Source of the DNA: Ignavibacteriales bacterium
Lineage (GTDB): Bacteria > Bacteroidota > Ignavibacteria > Ignavibacteriales > Melioribacteraceae
DNA length: 64,000 bases
NCBI GenBank assembly: GCA_026390775.1
Contig: JAPLFF010000003.1
Coordinates: 679,858-743,857 of the forward strand
Direction of reading: 5' to 3'
In this document: piece by piece, positions 17,164 through 26,200 of the stretch
Numbering within the stretch: the stretch's first letter is position 1
Layout: every line of letters begins with the position of its first letter
Notes under the pieces: generated by a model
Told to the model about the DNA's origin: nothing
What the model saw: the letters and a program-made list of their open reading frames with translations, nothing else
Databases searched by the model: none
Translations under genes and position numbers: made by a program

Positions 17164-18378
17164 CTAATTCCTTGTAAAATTTTTCTTGGTTCTGCTATAT
17201 AGTTTTTCTGTATAATTCTTATAGTTATCCTTAACATCTTCTATCGAGTCGCCGCTGAATTTTTGTAAGAAGAAGTTCGCAATTGTCCAAGCAACCATTG
17301 ATTCAGCAATAACTGCACAAGCAGGAACAGCAACAAAATCACTTCTCTCTCTTCGTGATTCTATTTTTTTCATTGTTGATAGATCAATTGTCTCCAAAGG
17401 ATTCATCAAAGTAGAAATCGGTTTCATTGCACCGCGGATTATTATCGGCATTCCGGTAGATATACTTCCCTCAATTCCACCAGCGCGATTAGTTCTTCTC
17501 GTAAACTGTTTTCCACTTAAAGTAATCTCATCATGAACTTCTGAACCAAATCGTAGTGCTGATTCAAAACCTAATCCAATTTCAACTCCCTTCACTGCTT
17601 GAATTGACATTATTGATCTGGATAACTCCGCATCAAGACGTGAATCGTAATCAACAAAACTTCCAAGTCCAACAGGGACACCTGTTGCAACTACAAAAAA
17701 AGTCCCTCCGAGTGTGTCTCCTCTTTTCTTAGCCAGCTTAATTTTATTTATGATCTTCTTTTCCTGTAGAGGATCTAAAACTCGTACACTGCTTTTATCG
17801 GATTGACGATTAATTTGCTCTGCACTAAGTGAGTCTACTTCTTTACCATCAAAATATTTATTTGCAAAATCTCCTTTTGAAAATATACCGCCGATGTTTT
17901 CAACATAACTTCCGACTTCAATTCCAAATTGACTTAACAATCTACGTGCAATAGAACAAGCCGCAACTCTTGCGGCAGTTTCTCTTGCGCTTGATCTTTC
18001 AATGGAATTCCTTATATCATCATAATTATACTTAAGAGTTCCTACCAGATCTGCGTGACCTGGGCGAGGAATAATAATCTTTTCAGTATCATTATTATTT
18101 TTTGCAACACTCATTATGTCGGTCCAATTTTCCCAATCTTTATTTTTAATAAACATAGAGATTGGAGAACCAAGCGTTTTATTAAAACGCACTCCGGAAA
18201 TAATCTCCGCAGTATCAGATTCAATTTTCATACGAAGACCGCGTCCATAACCTGCCTGTCTTCTTTTTAATTGTTCGTTGATATATTCTTCAGAGATATT
18301 AAGATTGGAAGGAAATCCTGAAACAACAGAAATTAATCCTTTACCATGGGATTCACCTGTAGTAACAAATTTTATCAT
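17164..18378 (-). CDS. aroC: Chorismate synthase
   Basis: The ORF track extends to 18429. The family N-terminus MIKFVTTGESHGKG begins at 18378, and the upstream 17 codons overlap a terminator hairpin. Conserved blocks include RPGHAD and GGIEGSIS. Confidence 0.92.
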   Translation of the reverse strand: MIKFVTTGESHGKGLISVVSGFPSNLNISEEYINEQLKRRQAGYGRGLRMKIESDTAEIISGVRFNKTLGSPISMFIKNKDWENWTDIMSVAKNNNDTEKIIIPRPGHADLVGTLKYNYDDIRNSIERSSARETAARVAACSIARRLLSQFGIEVGSYVENIGGIFSKGDFANKYFDGKEVDSLSAEQINRQSDKSSVRVLDPLQEKKIINKIKLAKKRGDTLGGTFFVVATGVPVGLGSFVDYDSRLDAELSRSIMSIQAVKGVEIGLGFESALRFGSEVHDEITLSGKQFTRRTNRAGGIEGSISTGMPIIIRGAMKPISTLMNPLETIDLSTMKKIESRRERSDFVAVPACAVIAESMVAWTIANFFLQKFSGDSIEDVKDNYKNYTEKLYSRTKKNFTRN

Positions 18379-18404
18379 AATAGTCTTCTTTGAAGTGTTA
18401 TGTG

Positions 18405-18412
18405 CAAATATA
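18405..18412 (-). promoter_or_regulatory. Candidate Bacteroidota-type -7 promoter box TATATTTG for aroC
   Basis: The minus strand reads TATATTTG and ends 27 nt upstream of the aroC ATG. It is fused to the U-tract of the htrA terminator. The same motif class occurs at similar spacing before gltX, the hybrid HK and the GT83 gene. Confidence 0.35.
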
Positions 18413-18446
18413 AAAAAAGCGCTCATCATTCGAGCGCTTTTATTTT
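18411..18446 (-). terminator. Intrinsic terminator downstream of htrA (symmetrical, could act in both directions)
   Basis: AGCGCTC (18418-18424) and GAGCGCT (18432-18438) form a stem with a 7-nt loop. An A-run lies on one side and a T-rich run on the other. Confidence 0.7.
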
Positions 18447-18463
18447 AGAAGATATTATTTTAT

Positions 18464-19963
18464 TTATTTTGGAATATCAATTCCGACTAAACGTGAATTG
18501 CCTTTACCATCAACAACTTTCAGAAGAATTGCATCTCCTTTCTTGTTATCATAAATTGCTTTTAATTCTGAGACTGAATTCATTTCTTTTTTATCTGCTG
18601 AAATTATTACGGCACCAGCAGCCAATCCTTGATTAAATGCTTTTCCATAATTTTTAACACTAGTTATCAATAAACCGTTTTTAACATTATATTCTTCACG
18701 TTCATCACCGGTTAAATTTCTAACAGTAAGACCGATATTATCAAATGACATTTCTTTTGCATCAACATCTTTTCCTTTATTGAGTTTATTTGATGCAGTA
18801 ACGGCCTTCGATTCATCACCATCGCGTGCTTTCAAAGTAACATCCCGCTCGATCTGCTTTCCATCACGGAAAATTATTAACTTAACAACAGTTCCTGCTC
18901 TCTTAGAAGCAACATAAGATTGCAGTTCGTTTGCTTGGTTAGTTTCTTTTTGATCAACCTTAAGAATTATATCGCCTTCTTTAATATCAGCTTTAGATGC
19001 AGAACCGCCTTCAACAATATCTTGCACAAGAACACCGCGTGGTTCACCCAAGCCGACAGCTTTAGCTGTAGCTGCGTCAACTTCAGAGATTTGTACGCCA
19101 ATATATCCGCGGCTTACTTTTCCATTTGCGATTAGATCATTTGCAACTGACTTAGCAAGGTTAATTGGAATTGCAAATCCATAACCAATATATGTCTGAG
19201 AATATCCGTTAGTAGCAATAGCAGAATTTATTCCAACTACAGCACCATTTAAATCAACTAAAGCTCCTCCGCTGTTACCCGGATTAATAGCGGCATCGGT
19301 TTGTATATAATCTTCAACTGCATATCTGTCTTGATTAATATTTATGTTTCTACTTTTTGCACTTATAATTCCGGCAGTTACTGTTGAAGCTAAAGAAAGC
19401 GGATTTCCAATAGCCATAACCCATTGTCCGACTTTTATTTTATCAGAGTCGCCTAAATAAGCAGTCGGTAAACTTTTTGCATCAACTTTAATAATTGCTA
19501 AATCTGTTAAAGGATCTGTACCTATTACAGTTGCATCCAATACTCTTTTATCATGAAATGTAACTGTAACTTGTTTAGCTTCATCAACAACATGATTGTT
19601 GGTCAAGATATATCCGTCATCCGATATAATTATACCGCTACCCCCGCCCTGTTGTTCTTGCGGTTGATTGTTATCTCCAAATGGTAATTGAAAAAAGAAA
19701 TGTGGATTGTTTTGATCTTTTTTAACTGAAGAGACAACAGTTATTTGAACGATAGATGGAGTAACTTTTTCTGCCACTTGGATAAAAGCATTATTGAATG
19801 CTGAAGCATCTGCATTTAATTGTTCAACCGGCGGTTTATCCGCGCCGATTTTTACATCGCCATAACTTGGTCGGACCCAGCCGAATCCGGATACAAGTAC
19901 GGCACCGAAAACAATGCCGATAATAATAAGTGAGGCAGTGCCTATTAGATTTTTCTTACGCAT
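18464..19963 (-). CDS. HtrA/DegP family periplasmic serine endoprotease with two PDZ domains
   Basis: 499 aa with an N-terminal TM/signal. The catalytic triad context is TNNHVV, DLAIIK and GNSGGAL. Two PDZ-like segments follow. Confidence 0.92.
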   Translation of the reverse strand: MRKKNLIGTASLIIIGIVFGAVLVSGFGWVRPSYGDVKIGADKPPVEQLNADASAFNNAFIQVAEKVTPSIVQITVVSSVKKDQNNPHFFFQLPFGDNNQPQEQQGGGSGIIISDDGYILTNNHVVDEAKQVTVTFHDKRVLDATVIGTDPLTDLAIIKVDAKSLPTAYLGDSDKIKVGQWVMAIGNPLSLASTVTAGIISAKSRNININQDRYAVEDYIQTDAAINPGNSGGALVDLNGAVVGINSAIATNGYSQTYIGYGFAIPINLAKSVANDLIANGKVSRGYIGVQISEVDAATAKAVGLGEPRGVLVQDIVEGGSASKADIKEGDIILKVDQKETNQANELQSYVASKRAGTVVKLIIFRDGKQIERDVTLKARDGDESKAVTASNKLNKGKDVDAKEMSFDNIGLTVRNLTGDEREEYNVKNGLLITSVKNYGKAFNQGLAAGAVIISADKKEMNSVSELKAIYDNKKGDAILLKVVDGKGNSRLVGIDIPK

Positions 19964-19984
19964 ATATATTTTTCCTCCTAATAT

Positions 19985-20734
19985 TTAATTCAGATTAAAA
20001 GTTTTCAATCCTTTGAATTCATGTAATTGGTACATTAAAAATTTTTCAAGCATTCTCATAATTAGATCAAGATCTTTTTCTGAATATTTAATGTTATTTC
20101 TTTTGCTGTTTAGACAAGTTAGTAATTCAAAAAGTTCCTCAGTAAAATTAAAATTTGTTAATCTATCTATACGGCATTCTGTACATATTAGCCCGGTTTC
20201 GTAATTGTAAGATGCCTGGTCGCCTAAATTAATTTTCTTCCCGCATACATTACAATGCTCTATCTGGAATTCATAGCCGATTTCCTTTAAGAAAAAGAAA
20301 AAATATTTAATAAATAAGTACTGTGGATTTTCATCTATGCTATCCATTAATGTTAGAATACGGACGGTTCCATCGAAGAGTTTAATGTTGTGTTCATTCT
20401 CGGATGTCATAGTTGTGAGAAGTTCGATTATAGCTGTTGCATATTTTAATTTTTGAAAATCATCTTTTATATGAGAATAATGTTTGATTAGATCAACTTC
20501 GCTGATAAGCTGAACTTCTCTTGCATCTTTTTTATAGAGAATAAGCTGCAGCAGATTAATCGTATCAACCATAGAACCGATTTTAGATTTTGAAGAACGC
20601 GCTCCTTTAATTATTCCCGATATTTTCCCAAAGTCTTTTGTGTAAAATAGTGCGATGCGACTGCTGTCACCAAAATTTATTTTACGTAGTACAATTGCTT
20701 CTGTTTTAATTATATCAGACATTTTTAAATTCAA
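19985..20734 (-). CDS. recO: DNA repair protein RecO
   Basis: 249 aa with an N-terminal OB-fold-like region (EAIVLRKINFGDSSRI) and the zinc-finger motif CNVCGKK...CTEC. Confidence 0.85.
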   Translation of the reverse strand: MNLKMSDIIKTEAIVLRKINFGDSSRIALFYTKDFGKISGIIKGARSSKSKIGSMVDTINLLQLILYKKDAREVQLISEVDLIKHYSHIKDDFQKLKYATAIIELLTTMTSENEHNIKLFDGTVRILTLMDSIDENPQYLFIKYFFFFLKEIGYEFQIEHCNVCGKKINLGDQASYNYETGLICTECRIDRLTNFNFTEELFELLTCLNSKRNNIKYSEKDLDLIMRMLEKFLMYQLHEFKGLKTFNLN

Positions 20735-21728
20735 ACGGTGGATAGTGAATGGATCTTTCCGTGATGATTGCAGTGATCAATTTGTTTGGTGTAATATCAA
20801 AAGCAGGAGTGTAAGCCGGATAATCTTCCTTAGTAATTTGCTTCTCATTAAAGTAACTCAGTTCATTTTTGTTTCGTAATTCTATTTTGATCTCATCACC
20901 GCTTTTACAATCCTTATCTATAGTAGTCGTTGGTGCTGCAATAAAGAAAGGAATTTTATGATAGTAGCATAGCACAGCAAGATTATACGTCCCGATTTTG
21001 TTAGCTGAATCTCCGTTAACGGCAATTCTATCTGCGCCAACAATAACCAGATCAACTTTATTTTGCTGCATAAGAAAAGCTGAAGTTGAATCTGTATTAA
21101 TTGAGAATGGAATTCCAAGTTTATTTAATTCCCAAGCAGTCAAACGAGATCCTTGTAAAAGCGGACGAGTTTCATCAACATGAACGTGTTCTATTAACCC
21201 ATTTTCAAACGCTTTGCGAATTACATTAAGCGCAGTACCGTCTCCCCCTGTAGCTAATGCACCAGTGTTGCAATGAGTTAGCACTCTGCTTTTTTTAGTA
21301 AAGATTCCCAATCCATTATTTGCAATTCCTTCACACAAATCAATATCATTTTTGTGAATAGAAACAGCTTTTGAAATCAGTCGGTTATAAAGATCATCTT
21401 CATTCTTTTTTTCATCAAATACTTTTTTAATTTCATTAAGAGCAAAAAAAAGATTTACTGCTGTTGGTCGTGTAGAAGCTAATCTATGATATGCCTTTTC
21501 AAAAACAGTAAAATATTTTTCTTTAGGAATTTTCTTTAGGGAAAGTGCTAATCCATAAGCGGCTGCAACTCCAATTGCCGGCGCACCGCGTACTTCCAAC
21601 CGCTCTATTGCTGTAGCAATTCTTTCGTAATCGTCGGTAATGATAAATTCTTCAAACAGAGGAAGTTTTGTTTGATTTATGATGTGAAGTTGTTCATTCT
21701 TAAATTCAACCGCTCGTTGTGTTTTCAT
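20715..21728 (-). CDS. mtnA: S-methyl-5-thioribose-1-phosphate isomerase (eIF-2B alpha/beta/delta-like)
   Basis: Family blocks are RGAPAIG, RPTAVNL, HCNTGALAT and VGADR.A.NGD.ANKIGTY. The ORF track starts at 21761. I prefer ATG 21728 (MKTQRAVEF...), 1 nt after the stop of the upstream kinase gene. Confidence 0.88.
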   Translation of the reverse strand: MKTQRAVEFKNEQLHIINQTKLPLFEEFIITDDYERIATAIERLEVRGAPAIGVAAAYGLALSLKKIPKEKYFTVFEKAYHRLASTRPTAVNLFFALNEIKKVFDEKKNEDDLYNRLISKAVSIHKNDIDLCEGIANNGLGIFTKKSRVLTHCNTGALATGGDGTALNVIRKAFENGLIEHVHVDETRPLLQGSRLTAWELNKLGIPFSINTDSTSAFLMQQNKVDLVIVGADRIAVNGDSANKIGTYNLAVLCYYHKIPFFIAAPTTTIDKDCKSGDEIKIELRNKNELSYFNEKQITKEDYPAYTPAFDITPNKLITAIITERSIHYPPFEFKNV

Positions 21729-21729
21729 T

Positions 21730-22638
21730 TTAGCTAAAACTTGATAACTCTCTAAATTCAATAAAGCGATTTCTAATTTCTAATGGACTTAGATTTTCCA
21801 AACCTTTTGTGCTAAATTTTTCAACACAGAAGGATGCCATTATACTTCCATATACAACAGCACGTTTTAAGTTATCAAAAGAAAAATCTCTGTTCTTATG
21901 AAGATAACCTGTAAATCCACCCGCAAAAGCATCGCCTGCACCGGTTGGATCGAAAATATTTTCCATCGGATACGCTGGTGCTGAGAAAACAGTTTCTGCT
22001 CCAAACAGAAGCGCTCCATGTTCCCCTTTTTTTATAATTAAATACTCTGGACCCATCTTAAAAATTTTGTGAGCGGCTTTTATCAAATTTGGTTCATTTG
22101 AAAGAAGTCTCGCTTCCGAATCATTGATGATTAAAACATTAACGCGTTTTAGTACTTTAAGTAAATCTTCTTTCGCACCGTTGATCCAAAAATTCATTGT
22201 ATCACAAACAACAAACTTTGGATTTTGTAATTGATCTAAAACACTTAGTTGAAGTTTTGGTGCAATATTACCAAGAATTGCATAACTGCTCTTCTTGCTT
22301 TTATCAGGTAATTGAGGATTAAATTTTTCAAAAACATTTAGGTGAGTAAAAAGTGAATCACGAACATTTAGATCGTAATGATATTTACATCCGTAACGAA
22401 AAGTTTTAGCTCCTTCAACAATTTCCAATCCTTCAAGATCTACATTATGGTCTTCCAGCATTTTCATATGTTCTTTCGGAAAATCATCGCCGACTATACC
22501 AACTATTTCAATTGGTCCCGTAAAATAACTTGCTGCAAGTGCTATATAAGTTGTTGAACCGCCAAGTGCATTTTGTACTTTATCAAAAGGGGTTTCGATA
22601 TCATCTAGCCCAATTGAACCAACTATTAATAGTCCCAA
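21730..22638 (-). CDS. PfkB-family (ribokinase-like) sugar/nucleoside kinase
   Basis: 302 aa with GGS..Y N-terminal and DPTGAGDAFAGGF C-terminal signatures of the PfkB family. TTG start is preceded by GAGGA. Confidence 0.85.
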   Translation of the reverse strand: MGLLIVGSIGLDDIETPFDKVQNALGGSTTYIALAASYFTGPIEIVGIVGDDFPKEHMKMLEDHNVDLEGLEIVEGAKTFRYGCKYHYDLNVRDSLFTHLNVFEKFNPQLPDKSKKSSYAILGNIAPKLQLSVLDQLQNPKFVVCDTMNFWINGAKEDLLKVLKRVNVLIINDSEARLLSNEPNLIKAAHKIFKMGPEYLIIKKGEHGALLFGAETVFSAPAYPMENIFDPTGAGDAFAGGFTGYLHKNRDFSFDNLKRAVVYGSIMASFCVEKFSTKGLENLSPLEIRNRFIEFRELSSFS

Positions 22639-22709
22639 TGTTTCCTCAAGTGATTGTTTGAATTTTTCCGTCAGAAATATAAAGAATTAGATACGATTTA
22701 TTCGAATTA

Positions 22710-23168
22710 CTAAAGATGAATTTCTACAAACTTTAGAAAACTTTGCTGGTTCGTAAAATACTCATAGATTATTTCAACAGATTTTCTCTGACCGGGCCAT
22801 GCAAGTAGTTTTATTGCTTCTTCTTTTATTACCCATTTATATTCTGAATGTTCTTCAGATATCATTACTTTTTGGTTCTTATCAACTAAAACTGCAAAAA
22901 CCGGTATCATAATAATTACATCTTGTTCCGGAGAATAGAACGAGTTAATATTTGGAACAACCCAGAATTTTATTGGAGTTAAACCTGTCTCTTCTTTAAT
23001 TTCTCTTATAGCTGTTTGGTGTGCGCTTTCACTTTCGATTGAACCGGTTACCATTTGCCAAACATCGGCGTATTTTTCATTCGAAGCTCTTTTCAAAAGT
23101 AAAAACTCTAAATCATTTCCAATCTTTCGAAAAATATGTGCTTCTACTAAAGTTGATGATACATTCAT
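22710..23168 (-). CDS. NUDIX hydrolase
   Basis: 152 aa with Nudix box GSIESESAHQTAIREIKEETGL (GX5EX7REUXEEXGU). Confidence 0.88.
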   Translation of the reverse strand: MNVSSTLVEAHIFRKIGNDLEFLLLKRASNEKYADVWQMVTGSIESESAHQTAIREIKEETGLTPIKFWVVPNINSFYSPEQDVIIMIPVFAVLVDKNQKVMISEEHSEYKWVIKEEAIKLLAWPGQRKSVEIIYEYFTNQQSFLKFVEIHL

Positions 23169-23185
23169 AATTATCTTTCGTTTTT

Positions 23186-23220
23186 GCTAAAAGCTAACCG
23201 CTAATAGCTAAATGCTAAAA
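23186..23220. repeat. Five tandem 7-nt units GCTAANN (minus strand TTAGC with 2-nt spacers)
   Basis: Read directly: GCTAAaaGCTAAccGCTAAtaGCTAAatGCTAAaa. The last unit supplies the TAG stop of the 1152-aa gene. The array fills most of the 46-nt gap before the NUDIX start codon. Confidence 0.9.
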
Positions 23221-26200
23221 ATATGCTCTCGCTTCTGCACGCATTGTTTGAATCACTCTGCTGCTGCCCTGAAGTCTTGCATCATAACTCAATGATGTTT
23301 GAATAAAGCCGGACAAACGATAATCGAAAAAGACTCTCCAAAAATAATTCTTTCCGATTACATTTCCCCGAGTTATCTCATAAGGAATATTAAAATTATT
23401 TGAAGAAGAAGTAAGTTCGGTTCGTTCTGCTTCAATTCGCAATCGTCCTATGTTTTCAAATGAAAAATTTACACGCAGCGTAACCGAATTTTGATCTACA
23501 ATTGTAGGAGTTTTGGTAAAATCATCTTGGCTTTTTCCGGTCGCAATCTTAAAACCAACTTCAATATCTCTGACGGGTCTGTATGAAAAGTCCGAAGTAA
23601 GATCATTTCGTGTAACTGTTCTTGCACGGTTTGATGTAGGAGGAGAAATTAAATTATCGGTTTGATTGATGAACTCGGTTAGATTATTAATTTCTTCAAC
23701 CATTCTAAATCTAATTCTCAATCCTCTTTCACAAAAGTATCCGCGTTCGACTCCTCCGCTAAATTGATTAAGTGATTTTCTTTGAAGATATCTCAACCGA
23801 AAAGATAATTCACTGCTGTTTTGAAAAAGATTTATATCATGCTGAAAAAGTTGTGTACCGCGAATGGTGGTTGAATCATTTAAGAAGTGTGAAAGATTCA
23901 GCAGATATATTTTTTTTGTATCAGGTTCTTTACTATTCTCCTCTATCCGCCATGATGTTTCGGTTGCAATTGGTTTCAATACGTTTGCTAAGAAAGTATT
24001 ATCAGTAAACATGCGTGAAAAATCAATTCGTAAACGAGTGTTTGCTTTTAAATCCATTACCGGAAATAATTTATCCGTTGGAATTGTAACTAAAATAAAA
24101 TCACCTTCGTAAGATGTAATTTGAAATTCATTTTCATCAGGTATGCCGTTATTATTAAGATCACCAAGATAAATGTAGTTACCTGTTCCTTTGGGTACAC
24201 GTAAAAATACTTTTTCAAACTTAGCCGATTGTTCCGTAGCTGCTTGATAATAAATATCACCCTGAACTGAGCCGTTCCATAGATTCAGTCTGCTCTGTGA
24301 AAGCAGTAACACTGTTTCGTTATCAGAAAATCCTTGTCTTCTAAAATCTTCCGTGTATTTTTTATTTCTGAATGTAACTGAAAGCGATGTTGAAAATTCT
24401 TTTAATCCTTTGTAATTCAACTGATAATTCTGAGCAACAGCATTCGATTGTTTGATCATATTCCCTAATAATGGGAAGGATTCTTCGCGAAATGAATAAC
24501 TAATTCTTCCATCGAACCCGGATATTCCAGTCATTTCTATTGTTGGTGCTATTTCTGAATATTTTAGACTTGTTATAAGGAGACTATCTTTGCCAGAATT
24601 TGTTTCCTTTTTGTCTTCAGCTAAAAAATCAATTCCCGTTTTGAAATCACCAAAAGAATAGAATGCTTTTCCGTTTTGCCTTAACCAACTGGAATTAATT
24701 GTGTTGTTCTTTGAATTAACATAATCTAGATCATAATTAAGTTCATACAATTTCGGTTCTGATATTTTTAATCCGGAAAATATTCTATCTGAGGAGAATT
24801 GATCTCCCTGCTTAAGAAAACCATACTTTGTGTTCAGAGAAATATTTTTTGAGGGCAAATAATTTAAAACTGCCTCCCTTAGTGTTTGATCCTGTAATAA
24901 CTGAGAAGGAAGATTATAGTTGCGGTTAAATTCTACATCATCAATTCTATCAAGAGATGTAAACCTGCTCTGAATAAATCTATCCTTAAAACTTAGTCCA
25001 ACTTTTCCCAAAGATAAATTTCCGATCGTCACTTCTCTTGGGATTACGTCTAACAAAATTTTTCTGGCGTAACCGTAATTATCGTTATCATCAATTGCCG
25101 AAAACTTATTTTTATCCCAACTACTTCCAGAAAGATCTAAATCAATCTTTATACCTTCCAAAATATTTGCTGATAATGAAATATTACCGAGTTGTTTTAA
25201 TTGCGGTAGAGGTAGAAATATTATCGGCAAGTAAGAACCGCCGTTCTTACCGACGAATTTATAATTTCCTAAACTTTCTTTTATGTAATCTCCGCTTCCA
25301 TCACCAACATAAGTGAACGACACATTATAGATAGAAGAAATATTTCCCGGTGCATATTTGTAATACGAAAACTGCTGCGATGAAATTACAGTATCTACTT
25401 TCGAATAAACTCCGTGTACTTTTCCTGTAGAATCCGGTAATGCTAAACTAACTCCGGATCTTGCTGCTTTATAACGATCATTACCGGCAGATCTTAAAAT
25501 ATTTAAATCATCTTCGCTGAATGAAAAATCAATCGGACTGTTTTCATCGTCACCTTCTCTGAAATAACCAATCCCGACTTTCAGTTTATCGTTCAAAAGT
25601 TTAGTGGAAAAATCAGCACCAAAAAAATTACGACGGTAATTTTGATCCGTGTATTCAAAATCAACAGAAATTCTGCTAGCTGAAGTAATTAATCGTTTAG
25701 GAGTAAAAATTATTTCCGCATTGGAATAATCAATTATGTAATCATTACTTTCGCCGCGCTTAAGCTGTTCACCATCTAAATATATTCGTTCACTTCCACC
25801 AATAATTATGATTGCTCTCTCATTGTTAATTCCGCTCAAACGATACGGACCTTGATTTCCATCAGAACCGTTAAAGCGATTTGTATTAAATTTTCCGCGT
25901 GAAGCTGCAATAGCCACAGTACCTTTTGTATCCCCAAATAAGAATTCACCTTTTAGTCCTTGAAGTTTTCTAGTTATTTGTGAAAACTCATTGTCTCGAA
26001 TGTTTAATTCATAATCACCAAATGTACCAACAGCATTCTTATGACGGATCTCAATGAATACTTTATCAAGTTCATCAAGTTTTTCCGTATTGCCTTCAGG
26101 TTGAATCGGAGTGTTTTCATCGGTTAACGCTGCAACTAAATCAATTTCATCCGAAAGCTTTCCTGAAAGTTGCAATCGTAATCCACTGTTCAAAGTAAAG

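Noticed and set aside
18379-18429. Longer aroC start (MMSAFFIFAHNTSKKTI...)
   Set aside because: The extension runs into the htrA terminator hairpin. It has no counterpart in chorismate synthases, which begin close to the GESHG motif.
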